Shown here piece after piece: positions 28,545 to 42,394 of a stretch of DNA of 64,000 bases. Source of the DNA: the human T2T-CHM13v2.0 reference genome, Homo sapiens; the NCBI RefSeq assembly GCF_009914755.1, contig NC_060948.1; one strand, given 5' to 3'. The notes under the pieces are model-generated. The model worked only from the letters and a program-made list of their open reading frames with translations. It searched no databases and was not told the DNA's origin. A program made the translations under genes and the position numbers. Position 1 is the stretch's first letter. The number at the start of each line of letters is the position of its first letter.

Positions 28545-28758
28545 ACCCACTTGGATCTCTTCCTAACGCACTCTTCTCTTTTTCTTACTCTAAAATATTT
28601 TAAATAAACATCCCCTTTTGCTGTGAAACCTTTCTCAGTCTCCTTTGCTACTTTACTCCCCTCAGTCAAATTCTTTCTCCTGAGGAGGCAAGAGTTGAGG
28701 TTACTGCAGACCATGATAGATTTGACGCCAGTAACTCAGATAACTTCCACTGGTAACA
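28545..28758 (+). mobile_element. 3' part of an ERV1 MER4-group LTR
   Basis: aataaa followed by the characteristic ending gaggaggcaagagttgaggttactgcagacc...ggtaaca. Confidence 0.65.
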
Positions 28759-28919
28759 GGTCGAGGGGCTGCTGGACAGGGTGGCGGGAGTTCATGTCTA
28801 GTGTGTGGCTGGCCTGGCCCCAGGCAGTTCTGGACTGTGGAGGGATCAGAACCCCATGCTGCAAGCACTCTGTGGAAAGAGCGCTCACGTTGCTGAGAGA
28901 ATGCTGAGGAAGAAATTTT

Positions 28920-30245
28920 GTCTTTTTAGTGAGGTTAAATTCCTTCATGTAATATAAAATTAACTGTTTCTTAATGAATTCCTTAGTGATCTTTAGTACG
29001 TGCATATTTGTGTGCAACTACCACATCTTAGTTCCAAAGTATTTTCATTATTCCAAAAGGAAATACCCTACTTATTAAGAAGCTCCTACCCAATCTGTCC
29101 TCTTTCTGACACCAGCACCAATAATCTGCATTTTTTCTCTATGGATTTACCTACTCTAAATATTTATACAAATAAAATCATACACTATGTGACTTTTGGC
29201 TCAGCTTCTTGAGCCAAAATTTAAGTTTCTTCACATTGTAGCATTAGAGTTGTAATCCTTTTCACAGCTGAATAGTATGCCGTTGTATGGACATACTACA
29301 TTTTGTTTCTTATTTTTTGTTGGTGGACATTTATTTGGTGTGTTTCCAGATTTTAGTTATTGTGAATGCTGCTATGAACATACGCATACATATTTTTGTT
29401 TGAATACCTCTTTTACATTTTTTTTTGTGTATATAGCTTGGAGTGCATTTTGGGGGTTCTATGGTAATTTTATGTTTAGCTTTTGCAGAACCACCAAACT
29501 ATTTTCCACAGTAGCTGCAGCATTTTTCTTTCACATTTTCCCACTTCCATTTCCAATTGTGGAGGTGCACATTTTTGTATCTTTTATATTGTTTATATAT
29601 TTATCTTTTCCTTAATCTTTACTTATTCACACTGCTGTTTCATGTCTGTTCATTTTATCCTGAAATACTCCATAAAGCATTTCTTAAAGGGTAGTCTACT
29701 GGTAAAAGACTGCAGCTTTTACATGGGAATTTTATAATATCTCTCTCACTTTTGATGGGCAGTTAGTGTAGGCATAAGATTTCTGTTAAAAGTTTTTTTC
29801 TTACAGCATTTGGCATATCTTAGTCTACTGCTTTCTGACCTCTGAATTTTCCGAAAAGAAATCCACTGATTACTCATGGGGGTTCTTTTTACATGACCAG
29901 TCACTTCTCTTGCAACTTTCAAGTTTCAAGTTGTTTTTGTTTTAGAAAGGTTAATTATCAAGTAAGTTTGAATGTGTTTGAGTTTATGCTGCTTGGAGTT
30001 TGTTGAACTTCTTTGGTGTTTATTTATTTCCTCAAATTTATGACCTTTCTGACCACTACTGTTTTAGTCTCCTTTAGGAGGACTGCTTGATGGTGTCCCA
30101 CTGGTTTCTAGGTTGTTTTCACAGTTTTTATTTATTTATTTATTTATTTGTTCCCTTCTTGACTTAACAATTTCAACTGCCCTTTTCTTAGATCTGCTGA
30201 TAGTTTGTTCTTCTATCTTCTCAAGTGTCCTTTTAAATCTCCGTA
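28920..30245 (-). mobile_element. Old L1M fragments
   Basis: Motifs gctgaatagtatgccgttgtatggacatac, gtgaatgctgctatgaacat and ccaccaaactattttccacagtagctg. Confidence 0.7.
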
Positions 30246-30248
30246 GAG

Positions 30249-30546
30249 TTTTTTTGTTTGTTTGTTTTTGATTGAGTTTTCCTCTGTCACCAGGGTGGAG
30301 TTCAGTGAGGCCACCTTGGCTGACTGCAACCTCTACCTCCTGATTTCAAACAATTATCCTGCCTCAGCCTCTCAAGTAGCTGGGACTACAGGCTCATGCC
30401 ACCACACCCTGCTAATTTTTGTGTTTTTTAGTAAAGACAAGGTTTCACCATATTGGCCAGGAAAATCTTCATCATTTGACCTCATGGTCTAACCGACTTG
30501 GCCTCCCAAACTGCTAAGACTGCAGGCGTGAGCCACTGTGCCAGGC
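30249..30546 (-). mobile_element. Alu (old)
   Basis: Reverse Alu dimer. Confidence 0.9.
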
Positions 30547-30589
30547 TGTAGTAAATTTTAGTGACAGTTGTTTAACTTTTCAGCTCCAG

Positions 30590-30830
30590 ATATATAAGTA
30601 TATATATATAATATATATACACACACACATATATATACACATATATACACATATATTTATATTATATATTAAATAAAAATATATTATATATAATATAGAA
30701 ATATATTTTTATGTATTCTATATATATATAGACTAAAGTCTAACATAATCTAAAGTCTAAGATATATGTATAGATAGATAGATAGGTAGGTAGTTAGATA
30801 GATTAGAGAGAGAGAGAGAGAGAGAGAGAG
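30590..30830. repeat. (TA)n, (TAGA)n and (GA)n microsatellite cluster
   Basis: Directly visible. Confidence 0.9.
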
Positions 30831-31056
30831 AACCACTGAACCTGGCCTAGAATTTCCTTCTTAGTTTTACTGTGAGTTTACTTTATTGTAAGTTTACTGT
30901 CTATTAATAATTTTTTTCTGTTCATGGCTTTCTGTGCTTTTCTTCATTGCATTAGCTTTCTAAAAAAAATCATGAATTTAAAAAATTATTTTTTAGTTAG
31001 CCTGCCATTTGGGCCACCTGGGAAAAGCTTCTGTTAGTGATTTTTTTTCTTTCTAG

Positions 31057-31447
<391 letters not shown>

Positions 31448-34400
31448 GAACCACACTTTCTTATTTCACCTTATGCTATGTGATTCTGTTGGTGTCGAAA
31501 ACAGGCATATAAATTTTCAAGTGTTGTACCTTTGAAAATCAGATTTTCTCCCTCTGTAGCTTGCTAGGGATTTGTTTATTCATCATCTAGGCTATTTCTG
31601 TCATGACAATCAGTCTTACTGATTTTGTTGGGGGCTTTTCTTGAGGCTACATCATTGTGGAGCACAGATGTGTAGCAACACATTTTATTCTAAATTTTCA
31701 CTTACATATGTTTTCTTTGAATGTTTTGTCTATCATTCTCTGGCCTCTAAAGAGAGAGAAAAAGAAAAGAAAAATTAGGAAAGAAAGGCTCTGCCTTTGT
31801 AAATCGTCTGAAAGTTACTTGAGTAGGAGGAGAAAAAGCCTGTAAAAGGTTTGGAAAATGAAAAATGACTGTTCACCACTCGCAGGACCTCCGTAATAAG
31901 AAACAGCAATCGGTTAGCCAGTCCTCCTGAGATTTGGAGGATAAGGTCTTTTTTGCCTATCGTGGCTATTGCCAGCTGCTCCAGAAGTATTTGCAAGGCT
32001 GCACACCACGGCAATAGTTGATAGGAATAAATAACTGCTGTTGACCTATGCTATAAAGTTGATCGAACTTAATTGTTGTTGACTTTACAAATCGTCTTTT
32101 GAAAGCTTCAAAACTTCAGATAGGATCTATAATTCCAAACTATTTGCGTCATAGCGATTCCGCCACTGCACATATTGAATAGTTGAAGGGACAGATACAT
32201 AGTGCTCTGTAATCCATTGTCTCGTTTTTCCAAGAACCTGTATCATTTTACTTTCAATCTCTCTCTTTGCACTTAAAGCAACACTTGCAGGGAAATCACA
32301 TATGTGAACCCTTCTTTTAAAGGTACATTTGCATTATTCTGTGCGTTTTTATGAAAGAGCTCACATTTAAAGTTATTAAACGTAAAACACTATTCACTCT
32401 GATATTTAATTACTTGCTTTCTGTATGTTCCTTACCTTATCTGAATTTTTAAATTTCTCCTTTGATCTTTCAGAAAAATTTCTTAATTTCTCAAAACTTT
32501 CTTTTTCTATATATTTTATATTATAGTTAGTTACATTTGGGACCTCAATAAATATTCTAAACTTAAAATAGCCTACGTTGGATAATACTACCTTATTTAA
32601 ATAATCTAAAGTCTAAGTTCAACAATATAAAGGTACTCTGCTCCTGTACTTTTCTGTTCTTCTCAAATTATATTATATTGTCTCAGACTATGTCTCCACA
32701 CACAGACTGTCCATGAAATTAAATTTGTATAGTTTTTGTATGTAATAGCTGCCGATAATAAGCATAATAGTAGTAATTATCTTTGCTAGGTAATAGTAAT
32801 AGCTTTATTTTGGTGGGGGGAGGGTTAGACACAGATTTCTCGAGCTTATTTTTATCTAGACATTTTCTGCTTGTGTATTATTTTACAAGTTATAAATGTT
32901 CTTCATTTCTCCAAGGTGTCTTCTTAGTTATTGGCAGCTTAGTATCCACTTAAATAGCATTTTGTATAAGAGCAGTATACAAGCTATTATTAAAAAAAAA
33001 ACTGAATATGTATTATCAGATTGTCAATTATATGAAGTAACTGCATTGTTGGTTCTCAGGAACCTAAATGTTTGTGACCAATTCCTGGCATTTTCAACCA
33101 AGAGTGACTTCTGACTTTGGCAAAACAGAAATAAAAATGACTAATCAATTCATCGTTTATTCTCTAGAAAGACTAGAACAAACACAATAAATTAGCACAT
33201 AAGGGCTGTTTTACTCCTTCTAGAATCAGGAATCAGGGCCTCAAATTGAAAATGTGGATTTCAGTTTTGCAGGCTTCATCTGTGTCTGGGAGGCAGTATG
33301 ACAATCCAAAACATTAACTGTTTTAAAATTGTCTCTCTTGATTAAGTGTTTCCTTGGTTGATGTGAACTATTGGTGAACTATTGGTTTCCTGGGTGTAGA
33401 CGGTTTTTTATTTGTTTGAGATTTCTTTGAATGGTTTGACGCTGCCTGCTCTGCAATTTTGTTTCAGTTTTAGTTGTGAAGCATGAACTGTTTTCTAATC
33501 TCAGTTTATTTTTATTTAGGAGATCTAAATTTTGTCCCATGAAAATGTTGTTTCAAATGCTGAAGTTAAATGTTACACTTTTAATTTGGGTTTCTAGATT
33601 TTTTATTTGTTTGTTTTAGTGTTTATAGTGTAAGGTTTTTTGTTTGCTTTATATTAATTGATCCTATCAATTTCATATAAAATGCATGAGGTAAAATTCT
33701 CTATTGAGTACAGCTTGGACTCATGTGAGACAAGCATAAAATAATTAGTCTCTAAAGTGACTTTGAAGTAAATATCTAAATAAAATAATAAGGTAATAAT
33801 CACACAAGCATGCATCAAGATCAACAAGTTTGATGACCTCCACCAGACGTCTGCTTAAATTGTTTGAAAAACAGCCAGGTCACTGTGGCTGGAGCAGACC
33901 GTGGAAGGCAAACAGTTATAGACATTGAGCTCATGGAGGTAACAGACAGTCCATGTGAGTGGCTAGGGTTTCTGTAAGTCAATAGATTTTACTTTCTTTT
34001 TACCCTAAGCCTGGTTCATGACTAGAAGTGGAATTGGTAAGGTGGTTACTAGCATCTAGCCCTGAGAGATTAGAAAAGCTGATAAATATCTTAAAATCTA
34101 GAGTCTCAGGCCTCTCTTTGATAAATTAACAGTGATAGATCATCTCTCCAGAAAATTGTACATAAGAAAAGCACACTTTGATTTTATATTTTCAAGATTA
34201 CTTAACTCAATCTTTGGTTTCTATAAATCAGAAGAATTTTAAGAAGCTTTTGTAAAGTTCTGTTGATTCAAGTTAAGGTAAGTGTTAGTAAAGCAAAGTC
34301 AGTTCAGTTAGTCAATGATTAAATAGTAAAGCATATATTTATTTTTCTCCCCTTTTCTTTTCCCATTACTTTTTAAATATTTCCGTAAAACACTAGTATA

Positions 34401-35039
34401 GCAAAGAAAAAAAAAAAAAGCAAAGCTAGGCAGCCTCTATTTTGGGGGTGGCAATTAAGAAAACTCAATGAATGGCTTTTGGGATAGAACTAAACTTGAC
34501 TACAGCTGGAAGGCATACAGAAAAGACATACACACTTGTGGATTGGCACACTACATTATGCAAGCACAATGGGCATAATATTTATCGTAAGGCAAAAATT
34601 AAATATGTCTTATGACATAAAAGTTGCTAAGCCATTATAATAACCAAGCCAAAGCAAAACAAAGATTTCAAGGATTATAGCTGGGGTTAGAGAACTCTTG
34701 CTTTTGCTAAAGTTGTTGAGTAGAATTAACACTGATGTATCTTCTACTTTTCTAAAATTGTTTCTGATAGAAGATTTTTATAGTGGGAAACTTTGATCGC
34801 GATTTGTTATGCTCTCTCATGTTCTAAATTAACCAGAAATAAATACATTCACAAACATTTACATGAGCCAATTAGAGAAAATAAAAACAAGTGAATGAAG
34901 AAGTAGCTGTAATAGAAAAATGTATGTGGAAATGTTAAGATAAATCAAAAAAGGAGGTTAATTTGTACAGCGTAAAATCTTTTACATTTGATTAAAAAAA
35001 TTGTTTCCAAACTTTAGCAGCTAGCAACAACATGGTAGT

Positions 35040-38000
35040 TAACCATGGTTTGGAGGCTAGGCTCATCTCATGAATTTACATTTTTCTACCAGATTTATAT
35101 TCACTAAAAGCTGATTAGATTGTGCCCACAAGAATAAGGTGGATCTGCATTCCACAGCCCGCTGATTCAAAGATTGTTTCGGGGAAAACTTCCAACAGAT
35201 ACACCCAGGATTAATACCCTGTATGCCTCAATCCAACGAAGTCAACACTCGGTATTAACCATCACAAATCCACCCCTTGACAACTTGAACCCATACACAT
35301 CTCCTAAGGGAATACCTAATCCTCAAGTAAAGAAAATAATAACATCATGATTACACCTAACGTAATACAACTATCTTTATTACAACCAGTAATTGACCAA
35401 TCCCAAATCCAAGCACTATTATGTGAAGTTAACCATACTCAAATGTTGATTTGATGTCAATAAATCTAATGTCACATAATAAAGAAAAAGAAAAATGAAG
35501 GTACTATTACATGTGTATACACACACAAACTTTTTTTTAACAAAAAGAGGAACTGTTTAGAACAATTAAAGTCCTCATTTCTGCAGCTGGTCACCTGGCT
35601 GTAGCTGGTGTTGATGTCTACCTTCTTCTACCAACCTTTATGTGTTCCCTTGGCGTTCAACAAACACCTCAGCTGAGACCCCTAATCCCCTTCCTTCCTT
35701 ACTTACTTATTTCCTTTCTTCCTTCCTTCTTTATTTCCTTCCTTCCTCCATTCCTTCCTCCCTTGCTTCCTCTATTCCTTCCTTCTTTCCTTCCTCCCTT
35801 CCTTCCTTCCTTCTTTTCTTCCTTCCTCCCTCTCTCTCTTTTCTTCTTTCTTTCTTGTTTGCTTGCGTGCTTGCGTGCTTGCGTGCTTGCGTGCTTGCCT
35901 GCTTGCCTGCTTGCCTGATTGCCTGCTTGCCTGCTTGCTTGCTTGCTTTCTTGCTGGCTGGCTTGCTTGCTGGCTTGCTTGCTTGCTTTCTTCCTTTCTT
36001 TTCTGTTAGAGTAACCCAAACCTTAATTCCTGAAGGTTCTGGATCACTCACAGTCCTGTCAAAATTAGGCTGTTGTAATTTTCCGTTGATCTTAACCTCA
36101 GGGCAGTTAAATACTATCAGGCACCCTAATGGATCTCCTGTGTTCCATGTATATTCTTCCATGCCTCCATTGTAAAATAGTAGACTGACTTTATCTTGCT
36201 AATGCAAGTCAGTCACCACAGCCAACACTGTCACTTCCTTAGCCTGTTGACTGAAAGGCAGGAGTAGCCCAAAATGCCAAGGGGACAATCTTCACTGTCA
36301 GTTTAATGGAAATGTCATTCTGTCTCCTGGTGGCAACATTTCTCCCCCTGGAACTAAGACCTGTAAGCCCGCGGAACATAATGTAAAGGAAACAGGAAGC
36401 AAACATTTTGCTAGTGGATCACTAGGGGTGACGGTGAGCGGGGACATTTTCACTTCCACACCTTGATTTCTGTACCCAATAATTCTGGCTATGGGAAAAA
36501 CAGTATATGTTCAACACTGATTCAGAACATACATTGCCGTCTGGAGAACTTTTCCCCAGGTTTGCAAAGTCTTGCCGCATGGTTGGTATTGTAATTGTAA
36601 CTTTAAAAGGCCATTTCACCATTCTATTAATCCAGCTGCCCTAGGATGATGGGAGGCATGGTAAGACCAGTGAATTACATAAGCAGGAGCCCACTGCCAC
36701 ACTTCTTTAGCCATAAGGTGAGTGTCTTTGTCAGAGGGAATGCTGTGTGGAATGCTATGTTGGTGGATGAGGTATTTAGCGTGTCCACAGATGGTAGTCT
36801 TGGCAGAAGCATTGGATGCAGAATAGGCAAACGTATATCCAGTGAAAGCACCCTGAGAAATGGTGCCCTATCGACGGATCAGTGTTGGACTCTGTTGCTT
36901 GCAAATGGGGCATGCAGCAGTGGCCATAGCCAGGTTAGCTTTGGTGAGTAAAAGTCCATTTTGCTGCACCCGTGCATAATCTTCACCCCTGCAATCATGG
37001 CCACTTTGTTTATGGGCCCTCTGGGTGATGACAGCAGAAGCTCGGGAGAGAGACTGAGTGGTTTCCACAGGATGGTTTATTCTATCCATTTGCTTACAAA
37101 ATTTTTCCTCTTCTGAGGTCACCGTTGTTGAACACTCACATGAAATATAAATATCCTCACAGTTTTTGACCACTCAGAGAGGCTCATCTACGTAACTCTC
37201 TCTTAAATTACTTTGCCACTTATTTACTGATAATGCTTCTTCCAAGTTCCTGATCATCCAACCAGAACATTGGTTATGGCCCATGAACCAGTATATAATC
37301 ACACATCTGGTTATTTCTCCTTGACGTTCAGTCTACTGGGAAGAGGTCCCTTCACCACTGTTCTTCACGGATATCCCAGCAAAAATCTGTACTGCTGCAG
37401 CTGTTCATTCTTGGGTGGTGGCTCCATATATGGTGCAGAACCATCTGGAGCCAGGCCATAGTCTTCTCTTATTCTGTCAACTGACCACAGGGAACTATCC
37501 ATGAGACTATCAGTGCAGGTTGGAGGGGAGAAGCCATGGTGGCAAGACTGGAGAACATGAGCATTTGAGTCAGTTACGCATGTAAATTACTTGTGCCTTC
37601 AGGACTGGCTTGAGACTGGGCACGAATGTACCACTTCCATTTGATGATAAAATTCTGCTATGGACAACCCACTTTATGGCTAGATGGATCAGAAAGCACC
37701 CAGTTCATGATAGGCATTTCAGTTCACTTGGTGACTTGATGACTTATAGACAAGGGTTCAGCTTCCACCAAACCCAGTAACAGGCCAAGAGCTGTCTCTC
37801 AATAGGACAGTGGTTATCTGCAGAAGATGGCAGGCCCTTACTTCAAAATCCTAGAGACCTATGCTGTGATTCACCTGTGAGATCCTGGCATTAGGCTCCA
37901 AACAGCACCCCTATCTACCACTGACACCTCAGTCACCATTATATCTTGTAGGTCATATGACCCAAGTGACAGAAAAGCTTGCCTGGATCTTCTACACAGC

Positions 38001-40360
38001 TTTTTCCTGTTCTGGACACTACTCACAACTGGCAGCCTTTTAAGTCGCTCAATAAAAGGGGGAGAGTAACAACCTCACATAAGGAATATGTTTTCTCCAA
38101 TATCCAAATAAACCCACTAGACATTGTCCCCCATTTTTTTGTTTGTATCGGGGCCAAATGCAGCAAACTGTTCTTTACCTTAGCAGGAATATGTCAACAG
38201 GTCTTACACCACTGGACCCCTAGAAATTTTACTGAGCTAGAAGGTCCCTGAATTTTAGTCAGATTTATTTCCTATAATCTGGCATAAACATGCCTCACCA
38301 ATAAGTCCAGTATGTTTGCTACTTCTTGCTCACTGGATCAAATCAGCGTAATGTCATCAGTGTAACAGACAAGTGTGATATCTTGCAGCCACCAAAAGAA
38401 ATCAAGATCTCTCTGAAAAAGATTAAGGCACAAAGGTAGAGAGTTGGTATACCCCTGAGGTAAGAGAGTAAAGGTGTATTTCTGGTATTGTCGGGTGAAG
38501 GCAAGTTGCCTCTGGTGGGTCTTATGGACAGGAGTGAAGAAAAAGGCATTTGCCAAGTCAATGGCTGCATACCAGATGCCAGGAGATATATTTATTTGCT
38601 CAAGCAATAAAACCACATTTGGTACAGCAGCTGCAATTCGAGTCACCAAGTGGTTAAGCTTACCAAAATCTCCTGTCATTCTCCAAGATCCACTTGTCTT
38701 CTGCACAGGTTAAATGGGAGAGTTGTTTTCAGATGTGCTGGTAATGACCAACTGTGTGTCTTTCAAGTCCTTAATGATGGTACTAATCTTCACAATCTCT
38801 CCGGGGTTGTGATATTGTTTTGGATTTACTGTATTTTCAGGTAGAGGAAGCTCAAATGGCTTCCATTTGCCTTTTCCTATTTTAGTAATCCTCACCCTAC
38901 AGGTCAGGAAGCAAATGTGGGGTTCTACCAGCAGCTAAGTGTGTCTATGCCAATAATGCATTCTGGCACTGGGAAAATGACCTTAGGATGACTCTAGGTA
39001 CACGCTCGACCCACTGTAAGTCTGACGGAAGCTAAAACTTTATTAATTGCCTGACCTTCATAAGGTTCTATTTTAACTGTAGAACCACAATGATGTTTCG
39101 GGTCTCCTGGAGTCAGTATCAGCTCAGATCCAGGGTCCAGTAGCCCGAAAATTCTGATCATTTCCCTTTCTTCCATGCACAGTTACCCTGACAAAAGTCC
39201 AGGCATTACTTAAGGAACAAGGAGAGAAAGATTCACTGCATAAATTGTTGGTAATGGAGTGGGGTCTTTCCTCAAGGGGATCCAGCCTCCCCTTCATTCA
39301 AGGGGTTCTGTGTCTTTAAATTGGCTCTGGTGTGGAAATAGGTTGAGAAGCTGTGGTTCTGTCTTTATAATTTAGAATAGTTCTTCATCTATTTGACACC
39401 AAAGTTTTCTGTTTCTATAACTTAGGTAGGAATGCAGTAGGCTTTCTATCAATTTCACTTCCAGGAACACCTTGATTAATTAGCCAGTGCCAGGGTTCCA
39501 CAGGTGTCAGACTCTTCTGATTGCTGCTTTGCGACAGCTGTCCATTATGGTACCTACACCCACCTTGCCTCTGATGGTCGAGTGTTGCCACTTGGTTCCT
39601 GCCACCTTGGGATTCAATTATCCCTAGTGTATTTAAATGTTATAGTTAGTGGCTGCAGTTCCCACCCTTAGATCTGACACACAGAGAAGAGTAATTACAG
39701 AGCTGTTCAAAGATGCGGGTACTGCTCTATTTCACAAGGCATTGATCAAGAGTATATCCTCTGGACTCTCTCAGCTGGGATGAGTAGGTCTAAAGTGAAC
39801 TAATCTACTCCACCATTCCAATCTCCCAAGGCCTTTGGATTTCATCCTTTACTTTAAACCAATGGAGAGCGGACATTTATAGAGCTCACTCACAGTGGGC
39901 CATCTTTGAATTCATATTTTAGCTAACCAAGCAGATAAACTATGAGAAATTCTTAGCTCCCTGTGCTGCATCTTTAAATGCAGAGTCCCTACTAGGTCAG
40001 CCCTAGTCAATAAATTCAGCCTGATACAACCCTGTGTTCCTTCTGCTATTATCCCATACCCTTAATATCCATTTGCTTCTGTGTTCTCTAGCCTGCTGTT
40101 CATGTATATTATAGAACTCAAACAGTTGTTCTTCAGTTTACCACAACTTCTCATGGGTTGCACTCTCAATATCACCGTAAAGAGCCCGCCAGTACTTTAG
40201 TTTAGTTATAGGCTTAGAACCAAACAGAGATGTTGGGGGTGGCCTCTGAGAAGAATCAACATTATCATACCTGGCAACTGACTCAGGGGAGGCTATCACT
40301 GTGGCCTCAGCCAGCACATGGTTTATCTCTATAGGTAGAGGTGGAAAGACTGAAGGCAGC
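35040..40360 (-). mobile_element. HERV-L (ERVL) defective provirus with a partial MLT2 3' LTR (35040..35266)
   Basis: Protease GLLDPGSELILTPGDPKHHCG, RT SWRMTGDFGKL...WYAAIDLANAFF...YTFTLLPQGY...YTDDITLI, integrase zinc-finger HKQSGH...CPICKQ, and dUTPase region. The PPT precedes the LTR start tgtgatggttaatac. Confidence 0.93.
35690..36003. repeat. Compound (CCTT)n to (GCTT/GCCT/GCGT)n tetranucleotide tract inside HERV-L
   Basis: Directly visible. It is the source of the PSF/ACL/KQAS pseudo-ORFs. Confidence 0.95.
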
Positions 40361-40954
40361 ATGTACCTCTCTCTTCTGGGATGCAGAACAATAATTTGAG
40401 ATCAGCTGACTATCAGGGCTGAATGACCTGTAACACAACTATGGATAAAACTCGCCCCCTTGCTTATCGTAGTGTGGAACACAAAAATAAGAGGACAGCT
40501 GTGGCCCTTCAGGGTGCACAGACTTAGGGGCTCTCGATGCCATGACTGTGACACCCTCTTAGGGGCTTTGCATTTTCTGGCATCTCCAAGCTTCTGGGCC
40601 CCACTACGTTTCACAGTATCAGCTGTGGATGCTGCCTGCAGTATGCCTGGCCCAGCTGCTGCTTCTCAGTGAGACGGAACTTCTGCTGGCACCTAAAATT
40701 TCTTGTTTTGCCACAGCTGGCATGCCTGGATGAGTTTAGTGGTTGGAGCCCACACTTGCTCATACAACACTCACCACTCCACCATGCTTGCCCTTGGCAG
40801 GTGATAAATGCTGGCTCTTAATGCAAGCTGAGTGCAGCCTGTCAGGCAGAGTGGGTAGAACACATGTAGCAGGCCTGGGAAAAACTCAAGCAAAGGCACC
40901 ACTGGCCACAGGGGTTTTCATCTGGCAAAGTGACTCCCCTAAAATTCTGTAACA
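40361..40954 (-). mobile_element. MER52-type LTR, 5' part
   Basis: The reverse complement begins tgttacagaattttaggggagtcactttgccagatgaaaacccctgtggccagtggtgcc, homologous to the element at 57585. Confidence 0.8.
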
Positions 40955-41249
40955 AAAGAAGCATAGCTAATTGTGTTTAAATGCCTTACTTCTCTTAAAT
41001 CCTGAGACACTGATAATTGAGTGTCAATACCCTGAATATTTTCATATTTTATCCTTATTTGGAAAGTATTATATTTCAACATTATTTAGAAATAAAATTT
41101 GCATAATTGGTATTTGCGTTGAACCACCTGAATCCCAAGAACATATTTGCATGGAACCACCTGATTCTCACAAAATATATTTCTGAAATATAGGCATTGG
41201 GCTTCAGATTAGCATTCTTTTAGCAGATTATGAAACTTGCCAATGGAAC

Positions 41250-41455
41250 ACAATTTCTAATCCCTGGATTTTGACATTATATACTCACATACTTTTTTTT
41301 TTTTGTGGAGGCACTTTTGCTGTGCATTGTAAGAGGTTGAGCAGCATTTCTGACCTTTTCCACTAAGTGCAATAGTAACATCCTTTTCCCATGGTTGAAA
41401 TGTCCAAATATCTTAGTGTCTTCTGGAAGCTAAATTGTTGACATTGACTATTCTA
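41250..41455. mobile_element. MER3-like DNA transposon remnant (inverted counterpart near 57130-57300)
   Basis: ttgacatt...tgtgcattgtaagaggttgagcagcatttctgacc. Confidence 0.6.
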
Positions 41456-41504
41456 AAGAGTTATGAAGAATGAATAAAAAAACCAGTTTTAACAATTTTG
41501 CAGA

Positions 41505-41823
41505 GGCCGCGCAGGGTGGTTCACACCTGTAATCCCAGCACTTTGGGAGGCCAAATTGGGAGAATCACCCTAGGTCAGGAGTTGGAGACCAGTCTGGCCA
41601 ACATGGTGTAACCCTGTCTCTACTAAAAATACAATAAGTAAACAAACAAACAAAATTAGCTGGGCATGGTGACAGTCGCCTGTAATCCCAGCTACTCCGG
41701 AGGTTGAGGCAGGAGAATCGATTGAAACCAGGAGGCGAGAATGAGCTGAGATCATGCCGTTGCACTCCAGCCTGCATCACAATAGTGAAACTCTGTCTTA
41801 AAAAACAAAACAAAACAAAACAA
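41505..41823 (+). mobile_element. AluS
   Basis: Full dimer with an approximate TSD (aacaattttgcaga / aacaaatatgcaaa). Confidence 0.92.
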
Positions 41824-42114
41824 ATATGCAAATTTTATATGAGATCTTATTTTTATCTAACTTTCTGCGGTTCTAATATCCTGTCACTTATGTAATGAAC
41901 CAGCATGTCCTGCATGTACCCTGGAACTTAATACAAGACAAAGTTAAATAAATTAAATAAAACTAGAAAGGGTTTATTTTCTTAGAAGGGAGGTTACAGT
42001 AACTGAAATGTGTGCCACACTTTATTTAAGACATTTTCTAATTACAAATCAGGGTTGTCACAAACTGCATTGAAAAGCAAATAAGTAGAATATCTCAATT
42101 CTTAATTGATCAAA

Positions 42115-42394
42115 TTTATTTTCTTTTATTCTTAGAATGGAATCCCACACTGTCTCTTTGGATGGTGTGCAGTGGTGCAATCTTAGCACACTGCAGCACC
42201 CTGCCTCCCAAGTTCAAATGTTCATTCTTCCTCAGCTTCTTGAATAGCTGAGATTACAGGTATGCACCAACACACTCGAAGGGCTTTCACCATATTGGCC
42301 ATGCTGGTCTCAAACTCCTGGCTTCAAGTACTCTGCCTGTTTTGGCCTCTAAAAGTGCCGGAATTACAGGCATGAGCCACCAAGGCTTGCCGGC
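42115..42394 (-). mobile_element. Old Alu lacking its central A-rich linker (paralogous to 56178..56450)
   Basis: Reverse Alu. Its flank ccaattgagaaatac...ttatgtctcataa matches the inverted flank of the Alu at 56178. Confidence 0.85.

Noticed and set aside
35640-36175. Long ORFs of 92-177 aa on both strands
   Set aside because: They are open only because the tetranucleotide tract lacks stop codons.
35040-40360. The two HERV-L elements as independent insertions
   Set aside because: Both adjoin the same MER52 and the same USP9Y intron flank in mirror orientation, so duplication is the simpler explanation.
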